From Escherichia phage ECO319P1: a stretch of DNA of 64,000 nucleotides. Below, piece by piece: positions 55,622-64,000 of the stretch; the first letter of the stretch is position 1, and each line of letters opens with the position of its first letter. The translations under genes and the position numbers were made by a program. The notes below the pieces were generated by a model. It did not search any database. It saw only the letters and a program-made list of their open reading frames with translations, and was not told where the DNA came from. Location: sequence record OP172790; one strand, 5' to 3'.

Positions 55622-55645
55622 AAGAGGGCCGAAGCCCCCTTATTA
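55622..55645 (-). terminator. intergenic hairpin (UUCG loop), partial terminator or processing site
   Basis: GGGGGC-TTCG-GCCCTC then TTTTGG on the minus strand. Confidence 0.45.
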
Positions 55646-56881
55646 TTTGCGTTTACGTTTACTGTTCTTAGGTTTGACACCGACTTTATCGTAGTCAACT
55701 GCGAGAGCACCAGTTTTCTTGTCTTTAACAACAGCTTCAGGTTTGTCCTTCATGACCTGCTGAGCAAGTACGCCAGAACCCTTACCTTTCATGCCTTGTT
55801 TCTTACCAGATTCGTTCCACTCCCAATCATACGTTGAAGTACCATCAGCAGTTTCACCAGTTTTCTTCACATTCTTCTTCATAGAAGCATCTGACCACCA
55901 ACCAGCTTGAGCACCAGCACCGATAACACCAGCACCAGTAGAAGCAGCGCCAAGAATGTTACCAAACATACCACCACCGCCACCAGAAGCTGTAGTCTTA
56001 CCAGTGGAGTTGGAAGTACCACCCATCCCACCAATAGAACCAACCATATTCAGGTAGTTCTGTAGGTTCTGCCAACCAGCCTGAGATTGACCGTACTGGT
56101 TGAAGTAATCATTCAGTGCCTTGTTCTGCTCTTGAGTCTGACCAATGTTAGCTGCACCAAACTGGTTTTCAAGCATCTGTTGATAGATACTCTGGCTCCC
56201 CGCTGCAAGTTGGCCCTGATTCATACCTAACTGACCAAGAGAGTTGGCAGCATTCAAATTAGTCTGCTGATTACCCTGCAAAGTGCCAAGAGCTTGGTTA
56301 TAAGCATTAGTACGAGCAGTATTCTGAATATCAGCAGTACCTTTCGCTAATGCCTCGTTAGCTTTACCAGACATTACACCCTGAGCAACACCGGCACGAG
56401 AAGAACCCATATTACCAGATGCTGTAGCCTGCTGGTTGAGCTGATTAACCTGACCCTCGTATGCCTGATTTACATCTTGAGCAAGTTGTGCAGTCTGTGA
56501 TTTTACAGTGTCACTGTCATACAACTGACCTGCAAGTTCATTAACCTGCTGACCTGTAATACCACCTGAAGTCATACCACCAAGTGCATTTGATGCATTA
56601 TTGACGTTAGAAGCACCACTAGAAGTGATATTATTAATCTGGTTTGCAACATTCTGCAAGTTACCAGAGCTAGCCATATTCTGTAGGGCACTTTTCATAT
56701 CGTCTGTCAAATCTGGATAGTTTTTATCAATCCAGTTACCATCAAGACCACCAGTTTTCTCATACTCTTTTTGAGCTTCTGAAAGAATATCTTTTAGCTG
56801 GTCTTGGGCAGGTGCCCACGGATTATTCTCGGTCTTGGACTCGGTTTTCTGAGTCTGGGATTTTTTCTTACCCATTTTCAA
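55643..56881 (-). CDS. Gly/Asn/Gln-rich virion protein
   Basis: 412 aa ORF. Confidence 0.5.
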   Translation of the reverse strand: MKMGKKKSQTQKTESKTENNPWAPAQDQLKDILSEAQKEYEKTGGLDGNWIDKNYPDLTDDMKSALQNMASSGNLQNVANQINNITSSGASNVNNASNALGGMTSGGITGQQVNELAGQLYDSDTVKSQTAQLAQDVNQAYEGQVNQLNQQATASGNMGSSRAGVAQGVMSGKANEALAKGTADIQNTARTNAYNQALGTLQGNQQTNLNAANSLGQLGMNQGQLAAGSQSIYQQMLENQFGAANIGQTQEQNKALNDYFNQYGQSQAGWQNLQNYLNMVGSIGGMGGTSNSTGKTTASGGGGGMFGNILGAASTGAGVIGAGAQAGWWSDASMKKNVKKTGETADGTSTYDWEWNESGKKQGMKGKGSGVLAQQVMKDKPEAVVKDKKTGALAVDYDKVGVKPKNSKRKRK

Positions 56882-56887
56882 TTCTCC

Positions 56888-57154
56888 TTATTTCTGGTCT
56901 GGATATGGAAGTACAATCGGTGGCTTACCAGATGCAACCAGAAGTACGTTAACGTTATCCACGATGATATTAATCGAGTTAGTAACCCAAATGAGAGCCT
57001 GAGAAATACTCTCAAACTCCCTGTCAAGGTCACGTTTAAAATGATTTTCATCAAGGAACAGTGGTTTATAGATACGATAGGGTTGCTTTGTACGGTCAAC
57101 CGCTGTAGTATCTGCATAGGCATATAAAGCTGCCCTTGAGTTTGTAGGTGTCAT
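56888..57154 (-). CDS. hypothetical structural protein
   Basis: 88 aa ORF. Confidence 0.35.
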   Translation of the reverse strand: MTPTNSRAALYAYADTTAVDRTKQPYRIYKPLFLDENHFKRDLDREFESISQALIWVTNSINIIVDNVNVLLVASGKPPIVLPYPDQK

Positions 57155-58890
57155 TAACGATTCCCCTCTCTGAAGTAATCCACATCATAACCAATCATAT
57201 TCCACTCACCTTCCGCTGTATCAAGAATACGGATTGCAGGGTAACGATAGTTGCTGAAGCAGTCTACCTTGTGGTCAGTTTCAATGTCGAAGTCCTGCCA
57301 AGAATCCCATACAGGTGAACCATTCGGGCTATTAGAACCACCAATGAAGAATCGTACAGTACCTTTACCACCCATCTGGGGGTAAATCGTTCTCCACCAT
57401 TTGTGGTACGAGATATCTGGCTCTTGTTCATCGAAATCCAGTGCATCACGTCGTACTTCACAATAAACAGGTCGAGAAGTTACTGTAGTCTTAGCAGGGT
57501 CTAATGGGTTCCAACCCGGCCCACCAATCTTGGTGTAATCATAATAATCTTGCTTATAACCTGTATCAAGCATGTAGAAACATCTGTCCATCGAAGCACC
57601 AAACATCTGGTGTCGGGTAAATGTTTGTGCATACTGGTTCCAAACATCCTCTTTGATATCTTCTGAGTTCCATGCATAGTCATTAACACCGGAAGGGTCA
57701 TAATGCTCCCATGTACGGGAATCAGTCTCTGGACTAATACCAAGTGCGATATCATAGATGTTAGGTAGGTCTGCAAAAGTCCAAGTGTTATACTCCCAAG
57801 ACCAGATGGCTGCTTTGTCACAAGCATATTTATCTTCTGGAGCACTACCTGCTACTGCTGCTGGAGCATTCGTGGATACATAGGTAATCCAAATCTCTTT
57901 TCGAGTAGGGTAGGAATAAACACGAGTTGCATTAAAGTTCGTACTTGAAATCTGATTCATGAGGTAGTCTTTAATACGACCGGTTGCAACAGATTGACGA
58001 GTAGAACCGTTGTGTACGAAAATATCCTCTTCACTGATAACGAAGTGTTGACCTTCAAATTCTACACAACAGTTAGCTGCCAGAATACCAGAGTCAGAGA
58101 AGATTTTACGGAAGTTGAATACCATTGTACCACCTACATAGTCCATGATAAATGTATCACGGTTAGTGTAGATAACGAAGGAGTCACGAAGTGGACGTCC
58201 ATCAATGATGTGAGATTGTGAGTCAGTCAGGTCGTTAAAGCCGCCATCCTTGGTTTCATCATCTTCAATCCAGTCTGGTGGTAAAGTACCAACATATGCT
58301 GTATTCGACCAACGAACACGCTGAGGATAATTAACACCAGCTTCAGTGATGCCCATGCAAAGCAAGTAGGTTTTATAAGCACGAATACGATTTGTCTTCC
58401 AGTCAATTTTTGCCCCACCAGCTTTCTTAGGTTGTCCCCAACCCGGTAGGTCATGAAAGTTCTTTTCGCTTGGTGCAATACCCTGTGGGTCACTTTTGTT
58501 AGTGTTGAAGATAACTGTGTTGGACAGAGTTGTATACTCCCAAGGCTCACCCGGTTCAACTTCATAACGAACTGGATTATTATCTGAACCTAATTTGGAG
58601 ATATTCTTATGTGATACACCCTCTGCACGGTAAATAGAACCTTTGTTATCCGCAGGATTCCAAGTACCGTAAACAAGAGACTCCGTAATTGGCTGTTGTA
58701 CAACCCCTAGAGGAATCTCTTGTGGCATATCACGAAGAAGAGCAGCTTTAGCGCCTCCGATTTTCTGAACTCGATTAGCTTCAAACCGGACGTTATTAGC
58801 CCAAGACCAATCTGAAGGTGTCAAGTCATATGGTGGGATATCAGTTGTTACACCAGTTTTCCCAACATTACGTAAGCGCATAATTGTCAT
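57154..58890 (-). CDS. tail or baseplate protein
   Basis: 578 aa ORF in structural block. Confidence 0.5.
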   Translation of the reverse strand: MTIMRLRNVGKTGVTTDIPPYDLTPSDWSWANNVRFEANRVQKIGGAKAALLRDMPQEIPLGVVQQPITESLVYGTWNPADNKGSIYRAEGVSHKNISKLGSDNNPVRYEVEPGEPWEYTTLSNTVIFNTNKSDPQGIAPSEKNFHDLPGWGQPKKAGGAKIDWKTNRIRAYKTYLLCMGITEAGVNYPQRVRWSNTAYVGTLPPDWIEDDETKDGGFNDLTDSQSHIIDGRPLRDSFVIYTNRDTFIMDYVGGTMVFNFRKIFSDSGILAANCCVEFEGQHFVISEEDIFVHNGSTRQSVATGRIKDYLMNQISSTNFNATRVYSYPTRKEIWITYVSTNAPAAVAGSAPEDKYACDKAAIWSWEYNTWTFADLPNIYDIALGISPETDSRTWEHYDPSGVNDYAWNSEDIKEDVWNQYAQTFTRHQMFGASMDRCFYMLDTGYKQDYYDYTKIGGPGWNPLDPAKTTVTSRPVYCEVRRDALDFDEQEPDISYHKWWRTIYPQMGGKGTVRFFIGGSNSPNGSPVWDSWQDFDIETDHKVDCFSNYRYPAIRILDTAEGEWNMIGYDVDYFREGNR

Positions 58891-58900
58891 TCTTTACTCC

Positions 58901-59779
58901 TTATGCAGTACGACGGAACATGTAAACCACAATATATGGTTGGATGTTGTTGTGTTTTTGGTTACCACCCGTGGTCTGTACACCACCAGTAATCTGGAGT
59001 GAGTGTTCATGAGCACCATCAGTTGTAGTACGATAAATACCACCATTACCACCGTGAGAACGAGCATCATAGTTAATGTAACGTTCTTTATAGTTAAATG
59101 CTTCCAAACCATCATCACCCATGAACAAGTGATAGTGAGCACCGTTAGAAAGTGCACGACCACCAATATCATGTGGGTGTGAGTGAGCAGGCATTTCACC
59201 AGTAGTTAGTGTGTGATAATATTTACCACCTTGTGCCAGAACAGTGTTGTAGTTAATAGAATCAGTACCATCGTTACCAACACCATAACCAACAAGAACA
59301 CGACCCGGAGCAAACTGCTGCCAAGTACCGAAACCAAACAGGTCGGCTGGGTTTGTTGCAGTCGCTGAAATGTAGATAGAACCTACAGGCCATGATGCCA
59401 CCATACCACCATTACGTTCCAGATAACGACGAGATACCGCATCATCAAGACCAGCATCACCAGCACGAGGCAGTGGGACACCAGTTACAACGTTTTTATT
59501 GGTATTGATACCATCTTTGTTGAAGTTAATGGTCTTAGAAGTACCAGTCATTAAGAAAGTTTTGTTACAGCTAACGGAGTCAGCATCGAACTTCAAGTTT
59601 GCGTCTAACAAGTTCATAGTATCAGAACTGATAGTAAGCTTCTTATTAAAGCTTGAGAAAGTGTTAGTCAGAGTGGTTTTGATAAGACGAATGTGGTCGT
59701 CACCCTCTTTGATTAAGTCACCGCTCAGAGGCCAAGAAGTATTAAGTTCGCTGACAAATCCAGCCTTCTCTACCGTCAT
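58901..59779 (-). CDS. tail fiber protein
   Basis: Gly-rich; HSHPH motif near C-terminus. Confidence 0.5.
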   Translation of the reverse strand: MTVEKAGFVSELNTSWPLSGDLIKEGDDHIRLIKTTLTNTFSSFNKKLTISSDTMNLLDANLKFDADSVSCNKTFLMTGTSKTINFNKDGINTNKNVVTGVPLPRAGDAGLDDAVSRRYLERNGGMVASWPVGSIYISATATNPADLFGFGTWQQFAPGRVLVGYGVGNDGTDSINYNTVLAQGGKYYHTLTTGEMPAHSHPHDIGGRALSNGAHYHLFMGDDGLEAFNYKERYINYDARSHGGNGGIYRTTTDGAHEHSLQITGGVQTTGGNQKHNNIQPYIVVYMFRRTA

Positions 59780-60027
59780 TTATGTTTCTCCCGTTGGTTC
59801 AAATTATTTACTAAATCAGAGAGTGTTTTAATAGTTTCTGATTGAACTGCCTGAGTCTTATCAATCCTATTCAGAATCTCCCTCGTTGTGTTAACGATGC
59901 TCCCCTGTTCAGCCTGTGTGCTTTTGAGAATCTGTACATCCACATATGTGTTTATACCGACACCAATCGAAGCGACAGATAACGAGGTGGCTACACCGAT
60001 AAGAATATTTCTTAGTGCGTCTTCCAT
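59776..60027 (-). CDS. small single-TM protein
   Basis: TM segment ILIGVATSLSVASIGVGI. Confidence 0.4.
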   Translation of the reverse strand: MEDALRNILIGVATSLSVASIGVGINTYVDVQILKSTQAEQGSIVNTTREILNRIDKTQAVQSETIKTLSDLVNNLNQREKHK

Positions 60028-60088
60028 TTCATTTTTTCCTTAATTAACCGCCAATAACATTTCTATTAGTGACGGTTAAGGGAAAAGA

Positions 60089-60565
60089 TTACTTATTACT
60101 CTCTGGGTCAGGGTCTTCTGGGAATTCAGAACGTTTCCACTCTGCATACTTATCAATGAAGTCTTTATACTTAATTAAGAAGTCTGCATACTTAACACCA
60201 AAATCTGTATACTGAGTTGTGAACCCATCAATCATCTTCTGAGTGTTGGTAATCATACCGCTCAATGTGGTAATCTGAGTGTTAGTTTCAGTGACCTGTT
60301 TATCAATCACAGCAACCTGAGCCTGAATGTATTTCAGAGATTCAGCAGCAAAGTCTGCCTGTTCTTGTGCAGATTCAGCAGCCTCCTGAGCCTCTGATAC
60401 CCAAACAGCCAAATCTTTTACACCAGAAAGGTCACGAGAAGTCCAACCAAATTGACCTGCGTTTGGAAGAGAAGCTTCTGTAATCATGACTGCTGAGTTT
60501 GGGTCAGTTGCCATTGGGTTAACACGGAGTACACGACGTACCCCGTTAGAACTATACAAAGCCAT
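60089..60565 (-). CDS. structural protein
   Basis: 158 aa ORF. Confidence 0.45.
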   Translation of the reverse strand: MALYSSNGVRRVLRVNPMATDPNSAVMITEASLPNAGQFGWTSRDLSGVKDLAVWVSEAQEAAESAQEQADFAAESLKYIQAQVAVIDKQVTETNTQITTLSGMITNTQKMIDGFTTQYTDFGVKYADFLIKYKDFIDKYAEWKRSEFPEDPDPESNK

Positions 60566-63483
60566 TATAAGCCTCCTTGTTCGTACATATCATCTCCCGG
60601 TTTGAGATGCTTGTACATCATATATAAGCTAAGTCCGCGGTAAATCTCACCAGACCAGAAACCAAAGAACATGCCATTGTTTTCAGGGCCATTACCAGTG
60701 TTCAAGCGCAAACCCGGACTCCAAGAGCCATTCATTACATGGTTTGGAATACCAGTAATGTGATAGTTTGAAGTCAGTTCATTAACCAACATCTCAATCA
60801 ACCTATCATCGTGTTCAACTTTAGAACCAGCTAAGTGGGCAATACAAGCGCCAGCTAACCACAAACCACACATATGTCCAGTAAAGTCAGTTGGGTCACA
60901 AACAACCTTACCATCTGTAGTGAAATCTGTTGGAGAGACGCCACCATTGGCTTTCATTGTTTTGTACAGGAACTTAGTCCAGTTCTCAACATATGTAACC
61001 AGTTTTGGTGGTACAGGATACTTCTTGATTACCAATTCATACCAAGCACGAGCAGCACTGAAATAAGCACGAGGTTGATAACCAGCCCAAGCATGACCAT
61101 CACCCCAATGGTACATAGTCCAAGTGTTTGGAGTACCATATTTGTAGTTATCCCATCTATCCCAAATATATGCTGATGCACCCGGCCCAAGTTGACCATA
61201 TTTGTTATAGAACCACTGTTGTGATTGATATAAGAACTCAACCATGTTATTCAATTTACGACCATCAACATCACCCGGATTGTCAATCCAAATCATTGGG
61301 TGTTGGTAACCCGGATAAGGCATACCATGCCAACCATCAAACTGACCAGATGCTGATTCATTGTTGTAAATGTTTGAGAATGGAATTGTACCCGGAGTAC
61401 AGAACAGACCACCATCCACAGCGTTAGTAACACGACAATCACCAAGTTTGAAAGTGAAAGCATCACTACCCGCAACAGTTAGGGTGTACATCATGAGAAC
61501 ACGAGTGTTTCCATAGTTGTAAGTGCCCGGTAAGCTGTTTACACAATACCAAGTGGCATAAGCGAGTGGTGCATTATCAAGTTTCTTAGACAAGTTCATC
61601 TGAGTAACTTTCTCCTCACCATTCCACTTTGTAGGTCGAGTAGGCGGAACCCAAGGCTGACCCGGATGTTCAATATCCCAATTAGGTGGCTTCTGCTCAT
61701 TTTCCTGATAATTATTCAAAGTAATCTTTGTCCAATCAAGAGGCGCCTGAGTCCACTGTTCATTAGTGTTTGCAATATCCCAACCCCAAGTCCAATTCTG
61801 AGAATCAGTTACAGAAACTCGCATCGGAGAGTTACACTTGATTGCAATGCTTTCAGGTTTAATCTTCTCCTCTTCAGTCAGCCAGAAGCCAATAACAGTA
61901 CCATCATTGTCAGTTGGCATATTACAGTGGGATACGATAGAGCTACGACCATCCACGACACCAGTTTCATATTGCAGAATTGATTGAGCGTCACCGTAGT
62001 CAACAATGATTCGCTTGTCAGCCATGATGAAGTCTTTACCATTGGCATCAACCAGTTGGTAGAAGTCAGTCATTTTGGTTTCGATTGATACGGGAACAAA
62101 GCCCGGAGAGTACGGAAGTTTTGCCTGCCATGTTTCCCACTGAGATTCTGGGGTTTGGCGAGAGTTTGCAACTTTGATTTTAACAGAAGCTTCAAGGTAA
62201 GTACCAGTTCTGTCTTGACCAGACATTGTGGTTAGTACACTTGATTTATTGTTAACATCAAACCAAACCGATTGCTGTTCAAGGGTGTGTTGTGCAGCCC
62301 TGTCAGCAGCAACATCAATGTAACCTTGAGAATCTCGACCATAAGTAATGTTCACACCATCCGGATAAGTATAATCGTAAGAGATACCGTCAGTGTAAGG
62401 TGAGAGTGCACCAACTTCTTTACGGAAGAAATAGTCATTACTATCAATTCGAGAATACTCGTCAACAGTAACCATTGCACATTTCCAAACCATCTCATAC
62501 TTAGATTTATCTGGGTCACTATCATCAGCAATCTTCCACATCACATACGCAGCATCAAGGAACCACTGTTCTGCATCCGAAGCATTACCAAAGTTCAAAG
62601 TACCTTCAACTGGAACGTTCATTGGGCGGTTATGCCAAGGTTTGTTACGACCCATCAAATAGCCACCATGTTCAACAGGTTGACGGTTACACCAGTTAGC
62701 TTTGTGCTGACCGTTAACAGAAGTGTTCTTCAGTTTGACTGTACCAATCTCCGACAGTGGGTGACCCTCTGAAAGAACATTACCATCCCAATCAATCTTC
62801 TGACCAGTATAAGCAATTACCCAATCAACGTCATATTGAACACCCTTCTTGTTCCAGTCAGTTGTTACACCATCATCTTTCAAACCATAAACAGTAGCAA
62901 CAATTGATTTCCAACCTAAAGCACCATCAAATGCAAAGGTAAACTTATCAAGGTATTCACCCCAAAGAGGAGCACCATGAGGAATCTTAGTCTGTCCATT
63001 TGTCCAGTTAAGCATCTCACCTTGGAAGCCACCATGAGTTGGGTATCCATCTTCAGCCAGAGGCCAGTTAGCCAGAACAGGCTCTTTACCGTTTATAATC
63101 CAGTTACAGATATAACGTTTAGGAGTGTCAGGAATAGGGTTATCACCTGCACTGTTATAGAAATGGTCAATATACGCATCAAAACACTCCTTAGCTGCTG
63201 TACGATACTCCTCTAAGCCTGTGGCCATGTAAGCATACGCAAAACCAAGAATCTGTAGGGATTGACCTTCAGTAGTTGCGTCACCATTAGGTTGAGCTTC
63301 CATCTGAGCACGGGCAATGAAGTGTCGGTTATTGGAGAGGATTTTCTCCGGGTTGAAAACATAATGCTCTTTACTTGCATCATTAGTGAGGCCAGTATTA
63401 ACATCAAGGAATTTTTTGTGCCCACGCATCATCGAGAGCACATCACTCTGCTCAAAATTGCTATTGAAAAAGCTATTAAGCAT
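60565..63483 (-). CDS. tailspike / receptor-binding protein (972 aa)
   Basis: start at ATG 63483 after GGAGG, two nt past upstream stop; Trp/Tyr/Asn-rich. Confidence 0.55.
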   Translation of the reverse strand: MLNSFFNSNFEQSDVLSMMRGHKKFLDVNTGLTNDASKEHYVFNPEKILSNNRHFIARAQMEAQPNGDATTEGQSLQILGFAYAYMATGLEEYRTAAKECFDAYIDHFYNSAGDNPIPDTPKRYICNWIINGKEPVLANWPLAEDGYPTHGGFQGEMLNWTNGQTKIPHGAPLWGEYLDKFTFAFDGALGWKSIVATVYGLKDDGVTTDWNKKGVQYDVDWVIAYTGQKIDWDGNVLSEGHPLSEIGTVKLKNTSVNGQHKANWCNRQPVEHGGYLMGRNKPWHNRPMNVPVEGTLNFGNASDAEQWFLDAAYVMWKIADDSDPDKSKYEMVWKCAMVTVDEYSRIDSNDYFFRKEVGALSPYTDGISYDYTYPDGVNITYGRDSQGYIDVAADRAAQHTLEQQSVWFDVNNKSSVLTTMSGQDRTGTYLEASVKIKVANSRQTPESQWETWQAKLPYSPGFVPVSIETKMTDFYQLVDANGKDFIMADKRIIVDYGDAQSILQYETGVVDGRSSIVSHCNMPTDNDGTVIGFWLTEEEKIKPESIAIKCNSPMRVSVTDSQNWTWGWDIANTNEQWTQAPLDWTKITLNNYQENEQKPPNWDIEHPGQPWVPPTRPTKWNGEEKVTQMNLSKKLDNAPLAYATWYCVNSLPGTYNYGNTRVLMMYTLTVAGSDAFTFKLGDCRVTNAVDGGLFCTPGTIPFSNIYNNESASGQFDGWHGMPYPGYQHPMIWIDNPGDVDGRKLNNMVEFLYQSQQWFYNKYGQLGPGASAYIWDRWDNYKYGTPNTWTMYHWGDGHAWAGYQPRAYFSAARAWYELVIKKYPVPPKLVTYVENWTKFLYKTMKANGGVSPTDFTTDGKVVCDPTDFTGHMCGLWLAGACIAHLAGSKVEHDDRLIEMLVNELTSNYHITGIPNHVMNGSWSPGLRLNTGNGPENNGMFFGFWSGEIYRGLSLYMMYKHLKPGDDMYEQGGL

Positions 63484-64000
63484 CGAACCAACCTCCATTA
63501 TAGAAGCCGAACCACTTAGCACCAGAATCTTTCGTTAACAGTGTGATAACATCAATCTTGCCATTATCATATGACAGGACAGGTTCACGACCATTGTTCC
63601 AGCGAACTGTGGTAGGCCATTTAATTTTGTTAGCACCAGTACCCTGTTGAACCATGAGTGTAATCTGACGACACAGGTCAGGTTCATTGGTTGGTGAGTC
63701 AATTGTCAAAGTCGTAGTTGAAGCTGTCAGTTTCAGAAGTTGTACTGTAGCATCTGTTACGTGAACAGTATGTGATGTACCTTCTGCTTTATCTTCATAA
63801 TACTTATACACTGAAAGCATCTGATATTTCATAATCTCTGCTCGCCAAGCATCAATCTGATTATACTGATTGTTTACTGCAACTTGGATATTTCTTGCTT
63901 CATCAACATACTTATGAATTTCGTTAACATCAACGTTGATTGTGTCAGCGAGTTTCTTCATATCTTCGTACTGTTGGTCAATCTTAACAACAATAGCTTC
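63476..64000 (-). CDS. tail fiber/adaptor protein, 5' end probably beyond window
   Basis: ORF open to the window edge. Confidence 0.4.
   Translation of the reverse strand, partial: EAIVVKIDQQYEDMKKLADTINVDVNEIHKYVDEARNIQVAVNNQYNQIDAWRAEIMKYQMLSVYKYYEDKAEGTSHTVHVTDATVQLLKLTASTTTLTIDSPTNEPDLCRQITLMVQQGTGANKIKWPTTVRWNNGREPVLSYDNGKIDVITLLTKDSGAKWFGFYNGGWFDA

Noticed and set aside
1-64000. CRISPR array
   Set aside because: The repeated elements (promoter element, UUCG terminators, 12-mer) are irregularly spaced over tens of kb and lack repeat-spacer periodicity.
1-64000. Integrase, transposase or other mobile element / prophage junction
   Set aside because: No recombinase-like ORF or att-like flanking repeats seen; gene content is that of a virulent phage.

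Overview
This 64 kb window reads as most of one arm of a virulent tailed-phage genome with enterobacterial-style codon usage. Layout: 1-1775 is a non-coding control region (five perfect DnaA boxes, sigma70-like promoters, one inverted copy of a phage promoter element); 1.8-48.6 kb carries plus-strand early/middle genes; 48.6-64 kb carries minus-strand virion and tail genes, the two blocks meeting at a shared bidirectional terminator. Replication proteins are T7-like (gp4-type primase-helicase, a family A DNA polymerase split into separate exonuclease and polymerase genes, endonuclease I, 5'-3' exonuclease, ATP-dependent ligase, SSB), but there is no phage RNA polymerase; instead the phage encodes a sigma factor and a conserved 23-nt promoter element present five times. 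The accessory content is unusually rich: an Adps/Namat-like (NARP1-type) NAD+ reconstitution pair, a TerC plus two TerD module, an ~8 kb cluster of amide-bond-forming enzymes (COOH-NH2 ligase, amidoligase, GAT-II, ATP-grasp) with unknown product, Nudix and macro-domain proteins, RtcB and Rnl-type RNA ligases, a PnuC-like transporter, anaerobic RNR (NrdD/NrdG), Dcd, thioredoxin, and Dps-like, MazG-like and GGCT-like proteins. A strand-specific 12-mer (ACTACGGTGACG) occurs seven times in different reading frames. All family assignments rest on motifs read by eye in the translations; no database search, HMM or structure prediction was run. Gene content resembles phiEco32-like podoviruses, but that is inference only. 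No tRNA, rRNA, CRISPR array, integrase or transposase was found.
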